Shown in pieces: positions 42,951 through 52,781 of a stretch of 64,000 bases of DNA; within the stretch, counting starts at the first letter, position 1, and each line of letters begins with the position of its first letter. The notes beneath the pieces are model-generated. The model was not told where the DNA came from. It worked only from the letters and a program-made list of their open reading frames with translations, and searched no databases. The position numbers and the translations under genes are program-made. The DNA comes from an uncultured delta proteobacterium (GTDB lineage Bacteria; Desulfobacterota; RBG-13-43-22): assembly GCA_963711835.1 (NCBI GenBank), contig CAVQFQ010000006.1:1-64000 (forward strand), read 5' to 3'.

Positions 42951-43321
42951 GGAAGTGGATTTAATGATCGCTCGTCACGCCCTTGGCGTGACGGGAGGAA
43001 AGTCCGAGCTCCGCAGGGCAGGATGCTGGGTAACACCCAGTCTCGGTGACGAGAAGGAAAGTGCCACAGAAAAGATACCGCCCCGCCGCAGGCGGGGTAA
43101 GGGTGAAAAGGCGGGGTAAGAGCCCACCGGTATCCCGGGTGACCGGGATAGCTTGGTAAACCCCATCCGGAGCAAGACCAAATAGGAGGGTGTAACGGGT
43201 AGCCCGCCCAAGGCCCTCGGGTTGGTCGCTTGAGGTCGGGAGTAATCCCGATCCTTAGATGAATGATCATTGTTCCCCGCCCTATACGGGGAAAACAGAA
43301 CTCGGCTTATAATCCACTTCC
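42951..43321 (+). ncRNA. rnpB: RNase P RNA, bacterial type A
   Basis: GAGGAAAGTCC, AGTGCCACAGAAA, GGTAAACCCC, GAGCAAG, ACAGAACTCGGCTTA; P1 GGAAGTGGATT/AATCCACTTCC. Confidence 0.96.
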
Positions 43322-43385
43322 ACTGTTTTTACCCCCGGCCCCAAAAAATCAGATGATTATTTCTATGGAGTGAGCAGAGTTTCAG

Positions 43386-44081
43386 TTGAAAACGATTGCC
43401 TTAATCACCGCAGCAGGTAAGGGTCAACGGATGGAGTCCGAGACCCCCAAACAATATCTGCCGCTGTCCGGCCGGCCGGTTCTGGCCCAAACCGTCCAGG
43501 TTTTTGAGGATTGCCCTTCAGTAGACGCCATCTATTTAATTGTTCCGGCTGATCAAATGGATTTGGTCCGGAAAAAGGTGGTGGAAAAGTACCAGTTTAG
43601 AAAAGTTCTGAAAGTGGTCCGCGGCGGAAAGATGCGTCAACAGTCGGTCTGGAACGGCCTGCGGGCCATTCGATCGGACTGCGCCATCGTAGTCGTCCAT
43701 GACGGGGTTCGACCCCTGATCCGCCCCGAACTGATCGAGCAAAGTATCGAGGAAGCTCAAAAGAAAGGCGCCGCCCTGGTTGCGGTCCCGGCCAAAGACA
43801 CCGTCAAACGGGTCGTAAAGGGCAAGCGGATCCAGACCCTGCCCCGGGAAGAAATTTGGCTGGCTCAAACCCCGCAAACCTTTCAATTTTCCTTGCTCCA
43901 AAAGGCTTTTCAAAAAGCCCTCCAGGGGGGCCTGGCCGGCACCGACGAAGCCTTCCTGGTGGAGAAGATGGGGCATGCCGTAACTATCATTAAGGGCGAT
44001 TATTCGAATATCAAAATAACCACCCCGGAGGATCTCCTGCTGGCGGAGGCCCTTTTTCATCTGAAGAAAAGGAGCCGGTGA
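43386..44081 (+). CDS. ispD: MEP cytidylyltransferase
   Basis: AAGKGQRM, PKQY, HDGVRP, QTPQ, KITTPED. Confidence 0.96.
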   Translation: MKTIALITAAGKGQRMESETPKQYLPLSGRPVLAQTVQVFEDCPSVDAIYLIVPADQMDLVRKKVVEKYQFRKVLKVVRGGKMRQQSVWNGLRAIRSDCAIVVVHDGVRPLIRPELIEQSIEEAQKKGAALVAVPAKDTVKRVVKGKRIQTLPREEIWLAQTPQTFQFSLLQKAFQKALQGGLAGTDEAFLVEKMGHAVTIIKGDYSNIKITTPEDLLLAEALFHLKKRSR

Positions 44082-44566
44082 AGCCTTCCTATCGCATGGG
44101 AATGGGTTATGATGTCCATCGCCTGGTCTTGGGAAGATCCCTGGTCTTGGGTGGGGTGGAAATCCCCTTTCCCCAGGGATTGGCCGGTCACTCGGATGCC
44201 GATGTTTTATCCCATGCCATAGGCGATGCCCTTTTGGGAGCAGCGACCTTAGGCGATCTGGGACGGCACTTTCCCGATTCCGACCCCCGATTTAAAGATA
44301 TTTCCAGCCTGAGACTCCTGGCAGCGATCTGTTCCATGGTCCACCGGGAAGGCTATCACATTGCAAATGTGGATGCGACCCTGGTCGCCGAGCAGCCTAA
44401 ATTGGCGCCCTACCTGGGAGCCATACAAATTTCCCTGGCGGAGGTGTTACAGGTTTCTCCGGGACAGATCAGCATTAAGGCCACCACTACAGAAGGGTTG
44501 GGATTCGCCGGGCGCCGGGAAGGCCTGGCCGCCTATGCCGTAGCCTTATTGGAAAAACAGGATTAA
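44078..44566 (+). CDS. ispF: MEcPP synthase
   Basis: GYDVH, GHSDADV, KATTTEGLGF. Confidence 0.97.
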   Translation: MKPSYRMGMGYDVHRLVLGRSLVLGGVEIPFPQGLAGHSDADVLSHAIGDALLGAATLGDLGRHFPDSDPRFKDISSLRLLAAICSMVHREGYHIANVDATLVAEQPKLAPYLGAIQISLAEVLQVSPGQISIKATTTEGLGFAGRREGLAAYAVALLEKQD

Positions 44567-44663
44567 CAAATCCATTTCCGGCATCACGATAAGGTACCGG
44601 GATGGTTTTTCCAAAAAGCCGGCGTGTTGCCAAATGTCACATGGACCGGAGAGTTGCCACCAG

Positions 44664-46142
44664 ATGCCTCTAAAGATCTTCAATTCTCAGGGCAAGCACA
44701 AGGAAGTTTTTGTACCCCTGAACCCTCCTCGGGTAGGACTCTATGTCTGCGGAGTGACGGTTTACGACAGTTGCCATATAGGCCATGCCCGCTCCATGAT
44801 CGTCTTTGATGTCCTGGTCCGGTTTCTTCGCCACAAGGGGTATCAGGTAACCTATGTCCGTAATTTTACCGATATTGACGACAAGATCATCGCCCGGGCT
44901 CAGAAGGAGGGGATGGAACCCCGAACCTTGGCCGAGAGCTATATTAAAGAATTCGGAGAAGACATGAAGGCCTTGGGAGTCCTTCCGCCGGATGTTGAAC
45001 CGCGGGCTACGGATCACATCCGGGACATCCTCATTCTTATCCGGAAACTGGTTGATCAAGGCGTCGCCTATGTTGTTGATGGCGATGTTTTTTTCGCCGT
45101 AGAAAAGTTTAATTCCTATGGGATCCTGTCCAACCGGAGCCTGGAAGAAATGCAGGCCGGGGCCCGGATTGAGGTGGATCCCCGTAAGCATCATCCCATG
45201 GACTTTGCCCTGTGGAAAAGAGGGAAACCCGGAGATCCGGTCTGGGAAAGCCCCTGGGGGCCCGGCCGGCCGGGATGGCATATCGAATGTTCGGCCATGA
45301 GTTCCCGCTATCTGGGTGAAACCTTTGATCTGCATGGGGGGGGTAAGGATCTGATTTTTCCCCATCATGAAAATGAGCTGGCCCAATCCATGGCCGTTTC
45401 AGGAAAACCTCTGGCTCGTTACTGGGTGCATAACGGCTTTGTCACCATCCAGGGGGAAAAGATGTCCAAGTCTTTGGGCAACTTTTTGACCATCCGGGAA
45501 ATGGTCCGCCGATTTCATCCCGAAGCGATTCGGTTGTTTTTGCTTTCCTGCCATTATCGCTCCCCTCTGGATTATACGGACCAGGCCATGCAGGATGCGC
45601 AGGGCGGTCTCCAGCGTCTTTATAGCCTGCTGCTGGACCTGCAAAATCCTAAAGCCCGGCCGCAATCCAAGGGCGGGGAGAAGGTAAGGCCCGAACAGGT
45701 CCAAGAAGCGGAAGAGGCGGTTAAGACTTTCAGGGAAAAATGTGAAGAGGCCTTGGAGGATGATTTTAATACCGCCCAGGCTATCGGGTATTTTTTTGAT
45801 CTGGCTAAGCAATTAAACCGGCTTATGGATAGGCTTAAGGCTCAAGAAATGGACCTCCTGGCCCATCCCTTTGAACTGGCCGTCCAGTCTCTTAGGCACT
45901 ATGGAGAGATCCTGGGTATTTTGACCCTTCCTCCGGAAAGCTATTTCAGCCGGGAGAAAGGAAGGCTCTTGGCCAAGAAGGGTTTGTCCCCGGAAAAGGT
46001 CGAGAACCTGATCCTTGAACGAAACCAGGCCCGACAGGAGAAGGATTGGTCCCGGGCTGATGCCCTCCGCGATCACCTTAAGGATATGGCCGTTATTTTG
46101 AAGGATACGCCCCAGGGGACCCTCTGGTGGGTGCAGGAATAG
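44664..46142 (+). CDS. cysS: Cysteine--tRNA ligase
   Basis: YVCGVTVY, HIGH, GWHIECS, KMSKS. Confidence 0.97.
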   Translation: MPLKIFNSQGKHKEVFVPLNPPRVGLYVCGVTVYDSCHIGHARSMIVFDVLVRFLRHKGYQVTYVRNFTDIDDKIIARAQKEGMEPRTLAESYIKEFGEDMKALGVLPPDVEPRATDHIRDILILIRKLVDQGVAYVVDGDVFFAVEKFNSYGILSNRSLEEMQAGARIEVDPRKHHPMDFALWKRGKPGDPVWESPWGPGRPGWHIECSAMSSRYLGETFDLHGGGKDLIFPHHENELAQSMAVSGKPLARYWVHNGFVTIQGEKMSKSLGNFLTIREMVRRFHPEAIRLFLLSCHYRSPLDYTDQAMQDAQGGLQRLYSLLLDLQNPKARPQSKGGEKVRPEQVQEAEEAVKTFREKCEEALEDDFNTAQAIGYFFDLAKQLNRLMDRLKAQEMDLLAHPFELAVQSLRHYGEILGILTLPPESYFSREKGRLLAKKGLSPEKVENLILERNQARQEKDWSRADALRDHLKDMAVILKDTPQGTLWWVQE

Positions 46143-46474
46143 GTCGGCAGTCTGCTGTCAGCCGATCACTAAGAAAAATCCCCGTCCTTTTACTTACCTT
46201 CCTTTCTTAAAAAGGACATTTTAAGGGCACATTTATAGAAATCGGTTCTGAGTCCTTTTTTTGTATTCTAAAATAGATAATAATATTAAAATGTTATCTG
46301 TCGGAGAGTTAGTGGCGTAATACTTGCAAACTTTATAGTCTTTTAAGGAGTTTTCCTAAAAAAATAATAGCCTTCCCCCCTGGTGCGGGATAGGGGGTAA
46401 GCCCCGTTGGGAATAGCTCCCTTGATGGTAATCCTAAAGAGGGAACAAGACCAGGCGGCCCGGTCCTTTACTCT

Positions 46475-48448
46475 ATGGCTAATAAAATCGGTCTGATTAT
46501 CTGCCAGAATTTTGAACTTGAGATGGAGGCCATCGTCCGGTCCGAAGGGTTCGAGGATGTGGAATGGACCACCTATTTTGCCCAGTGCGGTCAAAAGGGG
46601 CTGACCTGGGAGGCCTTTGAACAGATCATCGAGACCCGCCTAAACGATTGCCGGCACATTTCCATCATCGGCTGCCATTGCCTGGATAAGTTGCAGGCGC
46701 CCGGGCAGAGCCCCCGGAAAATCGGAATCCATAAAGTGGCCGAATGCTCTAACCTGCTCACCAACAAAGGCCTGGTGGACGGGTTGATCCACAAAGGGGC
46801 CTTTCTTTTAATCCCCGGTTGGTTGCGGCAGTGGAAATACCACCTGGGGATGTGGGGGTTAACTCCGCGGTCGTCCCGGCTCCTCTTTTCAGATACTCCG
46901 GCCGGCCTGCTTCTGCTGGACACCGGCCTGGATAAAAGAAGTCGCTCCCTCCTGAAAGAGGTGGCCGAGTATGTAAGCCTGCCCTGCCACAGCCTGCCGG
47001 TTGGATTGGATTTTTTCCGCCTCTTTTTAAGAGATATTGTCCTGGAAGGGCATCTTGAGAATAGTCGGATACCGACCGGGGAGGCCTTGTCCGGTCCCGA
47101 CCTCCCCTTGGCCGATTTTCATCTACTTTCGGATCTAATCGGCCAGTTAACCCGGGCCCAGTTGGAAACCGAGGCGATTGAAACCCTGCTTGATTTTTCC
47201 GCTCAACTTTTTGCCGCAGCCAAGCTGGTCTATCTATCGGTCTTTCAAGGTAGACCGAAAAAAATATTTTTCTGGCCCCCCACGTTGGAGTGCAATGAAA
47301 ATGGGGAAAGGGATCGCTTATTGACCTTAGGCCAGGAGTTTGTCTGGAGTGATTCGCAGAAAGGGTTTCGCCTGAGGGTCACCCACCAGGAGGAAACGCT
47401 GGGCATCCTGGAGGTGGAAGGGTTTGCCGATTCGGGCGGCCAAGAGTATGTCCTGAAATTCGCTCTAAACATGGCCAAATTTTTCGGCCTGGTCATCTCG
47501 AACCTGCGGACTCATCAATTGCTGCGCCGGGAGCGGGATGCCTCCCAGGAGTATCTGGATGTGGGTCGGGTGATTTTCGTCATTATCAATTCCGAGCAGA
47601 AGGTTATCCTGGTCAACAAAAAGGGCTGCGAGATCCTGGATTATACCGAGGAAGAGATTGTCGGCAAAAACTGGTTCGATTCCTTTGTTCCGGAAAGGAT
47701 CCGGAGGCAATTAAAAGAAAATTTTGCCAATTGGGTGGCCGGGGAAGTGGGGGCCTTGGAATATTACGAAACCCCGGTTTTGACTAAAAATGGGGCTGAG
47801 AAATTGATTGCCTGGAACAACACCATTCTGCAGGATGATGCGGGAAGGATTGTGGCTACCCTGTGTTCCGGAGAAGATATTACGGAACGAAAGCGGACCG
47901 AGGAAGAACTCCAGATCCTGTCCTTGGTGGATGATCTGACCGGGCTTTATAACCGGCGAGGCTTTATGACCCTGGCCGAGCAGCAGTTAAAGATTGCCGA
48001 TCGGATGCAGAAAAAGATGCTGCTGCTGTTTTTCGACCTGGATGATATGAAGAGTATTAATGATACCTACGGACACCTGGAGGGGGACCGGGCCTTGAAA
48101 GAGACGGCCGAGGTGCTCCGGGAAACCTTCCGGGAGTCGGATATTATCGGCCGGTTGGGGGGCGACGAGTTTTCCGTCCTGGCCCTCGAAAGCGATGAGG
48201 CGACCTCTGAAATCCTGACCAAACGATTGACCGGGATTGTGGAAAGGCATTACAAGGACAGAAACTCCCCCTATCGGTTATCGTTGAGTCTGGGGGTGGC
48301 CTATTACGACCCCTCCGACCCCTATGCCCTGGAAACCCTGATGGTGCAGGCCGATCATGCCATGTATGCCCAGAAGAAGGCAAAAAAATCAAAGCTCAAA
48401 GAAAAGCAACTGCATTTGGCTTTAAATAACGAGGAAGAAATAAATTAG
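46475..48448 (+). CDS. Diguanylate cyclase with Cys-containing N-terminal domain, GAF-like region and PAS domain
   Basis: DDLTGLYNRRG, RESD I-site, intact GGDEF; PAS motif GKNW...EDITERK. Confidence 0.9.
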   Translation: MANKIGLIICQNFELEMEAIVRSEGFEDVEWTTYFAQCGQKGLTWEAFEQIIETRLNDCRHISIIGCHCLDKLQAPGQSPRKIGIHKVAECSNLLTNKGLVDGLIHKGAFLLIPGWLRQWKYHLGMWGLTPRSSRLLFSDTPAGLLLLDTGLDKRSRSLLKEVAEYVSLPCHSLPVGLDFFRLFLRDIVLEGHLENSRIPTGEALSGPDLPLADFHLLSDLIGQLTRAQLETEAIETLLDFSAQLFAAAKLVYLSVFQGRPKKIFFWPPTLECNENGERDRLLTLGQEFVWSDSQKGFRLRVTHQEETLGILEVEGFADSGGQEYVLKFALNMAKFFGLVISNLRTHQLLRRERDASQEYLDVGRVIFVIINSEQKVILVNKKGCEILDYTEEEIVGKNWFDSFVPERIRRQLKENFANWVAGEVGALEYYETPVLTKNGAEKLIAWNNTILQDDAGRIVATLCSGEDITERKRTEEELQILSLVDDLTGLYNRRGFMTLAEQQLKIADRMQKKMLLLFFDLDDMKSINDTYGHLEGDRALKETAEVLRETFRESDIIGRLGGDEFSVLALESDEATSEILTKRLTGIVERHYKDRNSPYRLSLSLGVAYYDPSDPYALETLMVQADHAMYAQKKAKKSKLKEKQLHLALNNEEEIN

Positions 48449-48450
48449 CA

Positions 48451-48480
48451 CTCATCCGAAAAAGTTCTTTTTCGGATGAG
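48451..48480. terminator. Inverted repeat between convergent genes (bidirectional terminator-like)
   Basis: CTCATCCGAAAAAG-TT-CTTTTTCGGATGAG, perfect 14-bp arms. Confidence 0.6.
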
Positions 48481-48552
48481 CACCATCAACCATCAGCATT
48501 CGGCTTTCAGGAAAAGCCTTAAAAAGACCCTGACTGCCGAGCGCTGACTGCT

Positions 48553-49746
48553 TTATAGGTCCTCAAAATCAAACCGGGCCAGCCTGTCCTTTAACGCCTT
48601 GACATTCCTTTTGTCTTCCAGGGCCTTTAAAATCTTTTTTCTCCCCTCCAGGGTTCCAAACAGCAGACAACCCACGATGGCGTCATCCCTGAGGACGATT
48701 TTCCGGTAGGTTCCGGCCGCCTCATTCTTTTCCACCAGGGCCTCGAGTTTTCCATCAGGATCGATATCCCCGGCCGCCAGAAGGTCGATACCGGCCACTT
48801 TCAGCTGATTGGAGAGTGTGGTCCCCGTATAAGCCATGGGCTTGCCGACCATGGCCAGACCGGCTATTTCGCCCTGTTTTTCGGCTGCCGGCCAGATCCC
48901 GTAGAGCATTCCCCGATGTTCCACCAGGTCCCCGGCAGCATAGATACCCGGGAGCTCTGTTTCCAGGTAATCGGAAACGAGGAGACCTTTCCCGATTTTT
49001 AAACCTAATTTTTGGGCCAGGTCCAGATTGGGTCTGACTCCGGCTGAGATGATAATAAGATCGGCCTTAACTTCCCGGCCATCCTCCAGGAGAAGCCCCT
49101 GGACCTGGTCCTCCCCTAAAATCTCTTTGGAAGTAACCCCCAGGTAAAAGGTTAAGCCCATCTGTTCCAGTCTCTTTTGCAGCAGATCGGCGCAGGCCGG
49201 GTCGGTTTGCCTGGGTAAGAGTCTGGGGAAAAATTCGGCAACCGCCACCTGAAGCCCGGTTTTACGGAGGCTGTTGGCCACTTCCAGTCCCAAAAGGCCT
49301 CCGCCGATCAGGAGGGTCTTTTGCTTGCCGGCGGCAAAGGCTTTTATTTGCTGGGCATCATGAATATTGCGCAGGGTAAAGACGCCCTTTTTATCGGCGC
49401 CTTTAATAGGGGGAACAAAAGAATTGGCCCCGACCGCCAGCAGGAGTTTATCAAAAACAAAAGGCTCTCCGGAATCCGTGGTCACTTCGTGTTTATCTTT
49501 ATCCACCGCAACCACTTTGGTATTAAGAAAAAGTTTAACCCGGTTTGTTTCATACCAGGAGCCGGGGTGAATTTGCAGTTTGGGAAGCTCCACGTCTCCG
49601 GCCAGGAATTCCATGAGGCGGATGCGGCTGTAAAAGGGGAGGGCCTCATCGCTGAACATGATGATCTCCCCTTGCGGGTCCTGCTTGCGAATGGTCAAGG
49701 CCGCCGTGGTTCCGGCCACCCCGTTCCCAACGATGAGATAGCGCAT
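48553..49746 (-). CDS. NAD(P)H/FAD oxidoreductase (NADH:rubredoxin oxidoreductase / NirB N-terminal-like)
   Basis: VGNGVAG, YSRIRL, GGGLLGLE, YAAGD, LKVAGID. Confidence 0.88.
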   Translation of the reverse strand: MRYLIVGNGVAGTTAALTIRKQDPQGEIIMFSDEALPFYSRIRLMEFLAGDVELPKLQIHPGSWYETNRVKLFLNTKVVAVDKDKHEVTTDSGEPFVFDKLLLAVGANSFVPPIKGADKKGVFTLRNIHDAQQIKAFAAGKQKTLLIGGGLLGLEVANSLRKTGLQVAVAEFFPRLLPRQTDPACADLLQKRLEQMGLTFYLGVTSKEILGEDQVQGLLLEDGREVKADLIIISAGVRPNLDLAQKLGLKIGKGLLVSDYLETELPGIYAAGDLVEHRGMLYGIWPAAEKQGEIAGLAMVGKPMAYTGTTLSNQLKVAGIDLLAAGDIDPDGKLEALVEKNEAAGTYRKIVLRDDAIVGCLLFGTLEGRKKILKALEDKRNVKALKDRLARFDFEDL

Positions 49747-49943
49747 ATAAAGGTCCTCCTCTAAAGATAATGATTAAAAAAGATCGGACTTGTTTCAGTT
49801 GGTGAAGATCCCTGAAGCCCTTCGGTTTGAGATTCACGTAACTTTGGGACTATCTCAAATTTTTAGAGCGCCTTTTTGGGGAACCATTGTATAATAATTT
49901 CCATCATGGAGATACAAAAAAAAAGGTCTCTTCCTCTTCGGCC

Positions 49944-51575
49944 ATGAAACTGGTTCTCATCCAGCCGCCTATCCGGGACTTTTACGAGTCCTCCAGCCGC
50001 CTTCAGCCTATCGGGTTGGGCTATTTAAAGGCCGCCGTAAAGAAGCATCTCTCAGGGGTCGAGGTCCGCATTTTTGATTTCCATCAGGGTTGGGGACGAA
50101 GGACCACCCCGCTGCCCAATGAACTAAGCTATCTCCGGGACTATTACCCTTGGCCGGATCAGAGCCCTTTCGCTCTTTTTCATCAGTATTATCATTTTGG
50201 AGCTTCTTTCGAAAGAGTGGCCCGGGAAGTGGCCCGGGAAGAGCCCGACCTGGTGGGGATTTCTTCCCTCTTTTCTCCCTATTACCGTGAGGCCCTTCAG
50301 TGTGCCGACCTGATTAAGAAAGAGGTCGGATGCCCTATTGTGCTGGGGGGGTCTCATGTTTCTGCTGTGCCGGAACTTATGTTGAAGCAGCCCAGTGTGG
50401 ATTGGGTGATTCTGGGAGAAGGCGAAAGACCTCTGGTGGAGCTCCTTAAGGCCTGGAAAGAAGGCCGGACCCTGGAGGAAGTCCCCAACCTGGGATTTAA
50501 GAAAGAGGGCCGCCTGATTTTCAACCCGGTCGGGGAACCCTATGCCATCGATGAAATCCCTTTTCCCGATTTGTCCGATCTCGACGGCAGGAAGTATCTG
50601 TTTGAGAAGAAGCCGTTATGTTTTGTAATGACCTCCAGGGGATGCCCCCACCAGTGTAGTTTTTGTTCGATACACCGGACCTTCCCCGGCTATCGCCGAC
50701 GTTCGACGGATTCTGTTCTGGAGGAAATAATTCACCGGGTTGAGGAAGGATTTCGAATTTTTGACTTCGAAGATGATAACCTCACCTTCGACCAAAATGA
50801 GATGAAAATCCTGTGCCGTAAACTGGATCACATGTTTCCAAAAGGAACGATTCGGTTTTTGGCCATGAACGGCATCTCCTACCAAAGTCTGGATTTGGAA
50901 CTCCTGACGCTGATGAGGAAAGCAGGGTTTACCCACCTTAATATCGCCCTGGTGAGCGCCGATTCCTCCATAAGAAGAGGCTGCAACAGGTCCGGTGATT
51001 TGGGAAAATACCTTCGCGTTGTTCAGGAGGCGACCTCATTGGGATTTAAAATGGTCTCTTATCAAATCCTGGGGCTTCCGGGAGAAAGCCTGAAGGCCAT
51101 GATCAAGACCCTGGTATGGCAGACCCGGCTGCCGGTCTTGTTGGGGGCTTCGCCCTTTTATCTCTCTCCTGAGACCCCGATTGCCAAACAATTTCCGGAA
51201 ATGACCGATGAGGATTTACTTAAATCCCGGCTCACGGCCATGGCCGTTGAAACGGATCAGTTCGAGCGGGAGGATATTTACACCCTTTTTGTGACCATTC
51301 GAATCATCAATTTCCTGAAGGGGCTCTCTGTCCCAAAGGCTCGGATCACGCTTGAAGAAGCCCTGAGGAATGCTTATAAGAAAGGGAAACGGGCTGCCCA
51401 AGGAGCGGAACTCCTTAACCTTCTTCTATCCCAAGGCGTCCTGTATGCGGCGACTTCACAAGGGTTTAAACGGTTATCAAGATTTAAAGCGAAACTGTTT
51501 CAGGAGGTCTGGGGAAAGCTGGGGGTTATCCGGACCTTGGAGGGAAAGATCATACTAATACAAGGGCAAAACTAA
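49944..51575 (+). CDS. Cobalamin-binding radical SAM protein
   Basis: PIGLGYL, PDLVGISS, GGSHVS, GEGE, TSRGCPHQCSFC, FEDDNL. Confidence 0.9.
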   Translation: MKLVLIQPPIRDFYESSSRLQPIGLGYLKAAVKKHLSGVEVRIFDFHQGWGRRTTPLPNELSYLRDYYPWPDQSPFALFHQYYHFGASFERVAREVAREEPDLVGISSLFSPYYREALQCADLIKKEVGCPIVLGGSHVSAVPELMLKQPSVDWVILGEGERPLVELLKAWKEGRTLEEVPNLGFKKEGRLIFNPVGEPYAIDEIPFPDLSDLDGRKYLFEKKPLCFVMTSRGCPHQCSFCSIHRTFPGYRRRSTDSVLEEIIHRVEEGFRIFDFEDDNLTFDQNEMKILCRKLDHMFPKGTIRFLAMNGISYQSLDLELLTLMRKAGFTHLNIALVSADSSIRRGCNRSGDLGKYLRVVQEATSLGFKMVSYQILGLPGESLKAMIKTLVWQTRLPVLLGASPFYLSPETPIAKQFPEMTDEDLLKSRLTAMAVETDQFEREDIYTLFVTIRIINFLKGLSVPKARITLEEALRNAYKKGKRAAQGAELLNLLLSQGVLYAATSQGFKRLSRFKAKLFQEVWGKLGVIRTLEGKIILIQGQN

Positions 51576-51604
51576 CCGAAGGGAATCAAAAAGGAGGCTT
51601 ATCA

Positions 51605-52369
51605 ATGAATACAACCTTCAGTTTAAGACGAACCGTAGGATTAGTTGTTCTGTTTAATTTGGTGTTGGCCGGGAACCTCATGGCCCAGGGACAGACCTTG
51701 AATATTTACGGTCCGGGCGGCCCCTTGGGACCGATGAAGGAAGCGGCTGAGATTTTTTCGAAATCTCAAGGGGTCCAGGTAGTAGTGACGGCCGGGCCTG
51801 AAGCTAACTGGATTGGTCAGGCCAGGCAGGATGCCGACCTAATTTTTGGCGGCGCGGAATATATGCTCTCCCAGACCATGCTCGCTAATCCGGGTTTGTT
51901 GGACGAAAAAACACGGGTGAGCCTTTATATCCGGGCGGCTGGTATGCTGGTCCGGAAGGGGAATCCCAAACAGATCAAATTCCTGGCGGATTTGACCAGG
52001 GAGGGGATCAGGATCATTGATGTCAATGGGGCCGGACAACTGGGCCTGTGGGAGGACTTGGCCGGAGTCAAAGGACTGATCCCCGGCATCCAGAAAAATA
52101 TCGCCCTGTCCGTGCCCAACAGCGCCATCGCCATAGAGAAATGGAAAACCATTCCGGAGATAGATGCCTGGATCACCTACGAATCGTGGCACTATCGCTT
52201 AAGGGACATAACGGACCTGGTTCAACTGCCTGAAAAGGAAAAGCTCTATCGGGGGACCCCTATTGCCATTACTACGGTTTCAAAAAATAAAGCCCTGGCC
52301 CGGCAATTTATTGATTTTCTAAAAACCGATCAGGCCCATCAGGTTTTTCAGAAATGGGGCTGGAAGTAG
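51605..52369 (+). CDS. AcfC/PEB3-like extracellular anion-binding protein
   Basis: Signal peptide, YGPGGP, VRKGNPK, NGAGQ.GLWED. Confidence 0.75.
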   Translation: MNTTFSLRRTVGLVVLFNLVLAGNLMAQGQTLNIYGPGGPLGPMKEAAEIFSKSQGVQVVVTAGPEANWIGQARQDADLIFGGAEYMLSQTMLANPGLLDEKTRVSLYIRAAGMLVRKGNPKQIKFLADLTREGIRIIDVNGAGQLGLWEDLAGVKGLIPGIQKNIALSVPNSAIAIEKWKTIPEIDAWITYESWHYRLRDITDLVQLPEKEKLYRGTPIAITTVSKNKALARQFIDFLKTDQAHQVFQKWGWK

Positions 52370-52476
52370 ACCCAGCGTAGTCAAAGAATACTGTTTTCAC
52401 CCTATTTATTTCGTTGAACTTTTCAGGTATTATGGTTGCGGATAATGTGACCGTAGAAGGGAGGTGAAAAAACAGG

Positions 52477-52599
52477 ATGAAAAGAAAAATGTCCCCTGAG
52501 TTGTTGGCTAAGGAGGCGGCCTACTGGGAAAAGATGAAAAAGGCAATGAAAGAAATTCCTGGTAAGGTATGCCACAAGTGAAAGGGCTGAAAATCCTAA
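52477..52599 (+). CDS. Putative selenocysteine-containing peptide MKRKMSPELLAKEAAYWEKMKKAMKEIPGKVCHK-U-KG-U-KS (candidate RiPP precursor)
   Basis: SD GGAGGTGA upstream of ATG 52477; TGC-CAC-AAG-TGA-AAG-GGC-TGA-AAA-TCC-TAA; SECIS-like hairpin downstream; radical SAM/SPASM gene follows. Confidence 0.7.
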
Positions 52600-52601
52600 A
52601 C

Positions 52602-52618
52602 GTTGCTGGGACAGCAAC
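52602..52618 (+). promoter_or_regulatory. Candidate bacterial SECIS hairpin
   Basis: GTTGCTG-GGA-CAGCAAC, perfect 7-bp stem with G-led loop, starting 11 nt after the second TGA. Confidence 0.6.
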
Positions 52619-52627
52619 CAAACCATT

Positions 52628-52688
52628 TGGCGGATAGGCGCCGGCCGATTGATGAAAAAAGGGAACCGCGCGCTTGTCCGCCATTTTT
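52628..52688 (+). terminator. Long stem followed by a T run after the peptide gene
   Basis: TGGCGGATAGGCGC pairs with GCGCTTGTCCGCCA (two G-U pairs), then TTTTT. Confidence 0.55.
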
Positions 52689-52781
52689 ATCACAGGTCCT
52701 ATTTTAATTGATCCTTTGTATTGTTCAACTTTCCTATTATTAATAAGAGCAAGAACCAGTTTACATTTTAGAAGCTGTTTA

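Noticed and set aside
42836-43270. Minus-strand ORFs of 144 aa and 78 aa
   Set aside because: Antisense shadows of the RNase P RNA gene.
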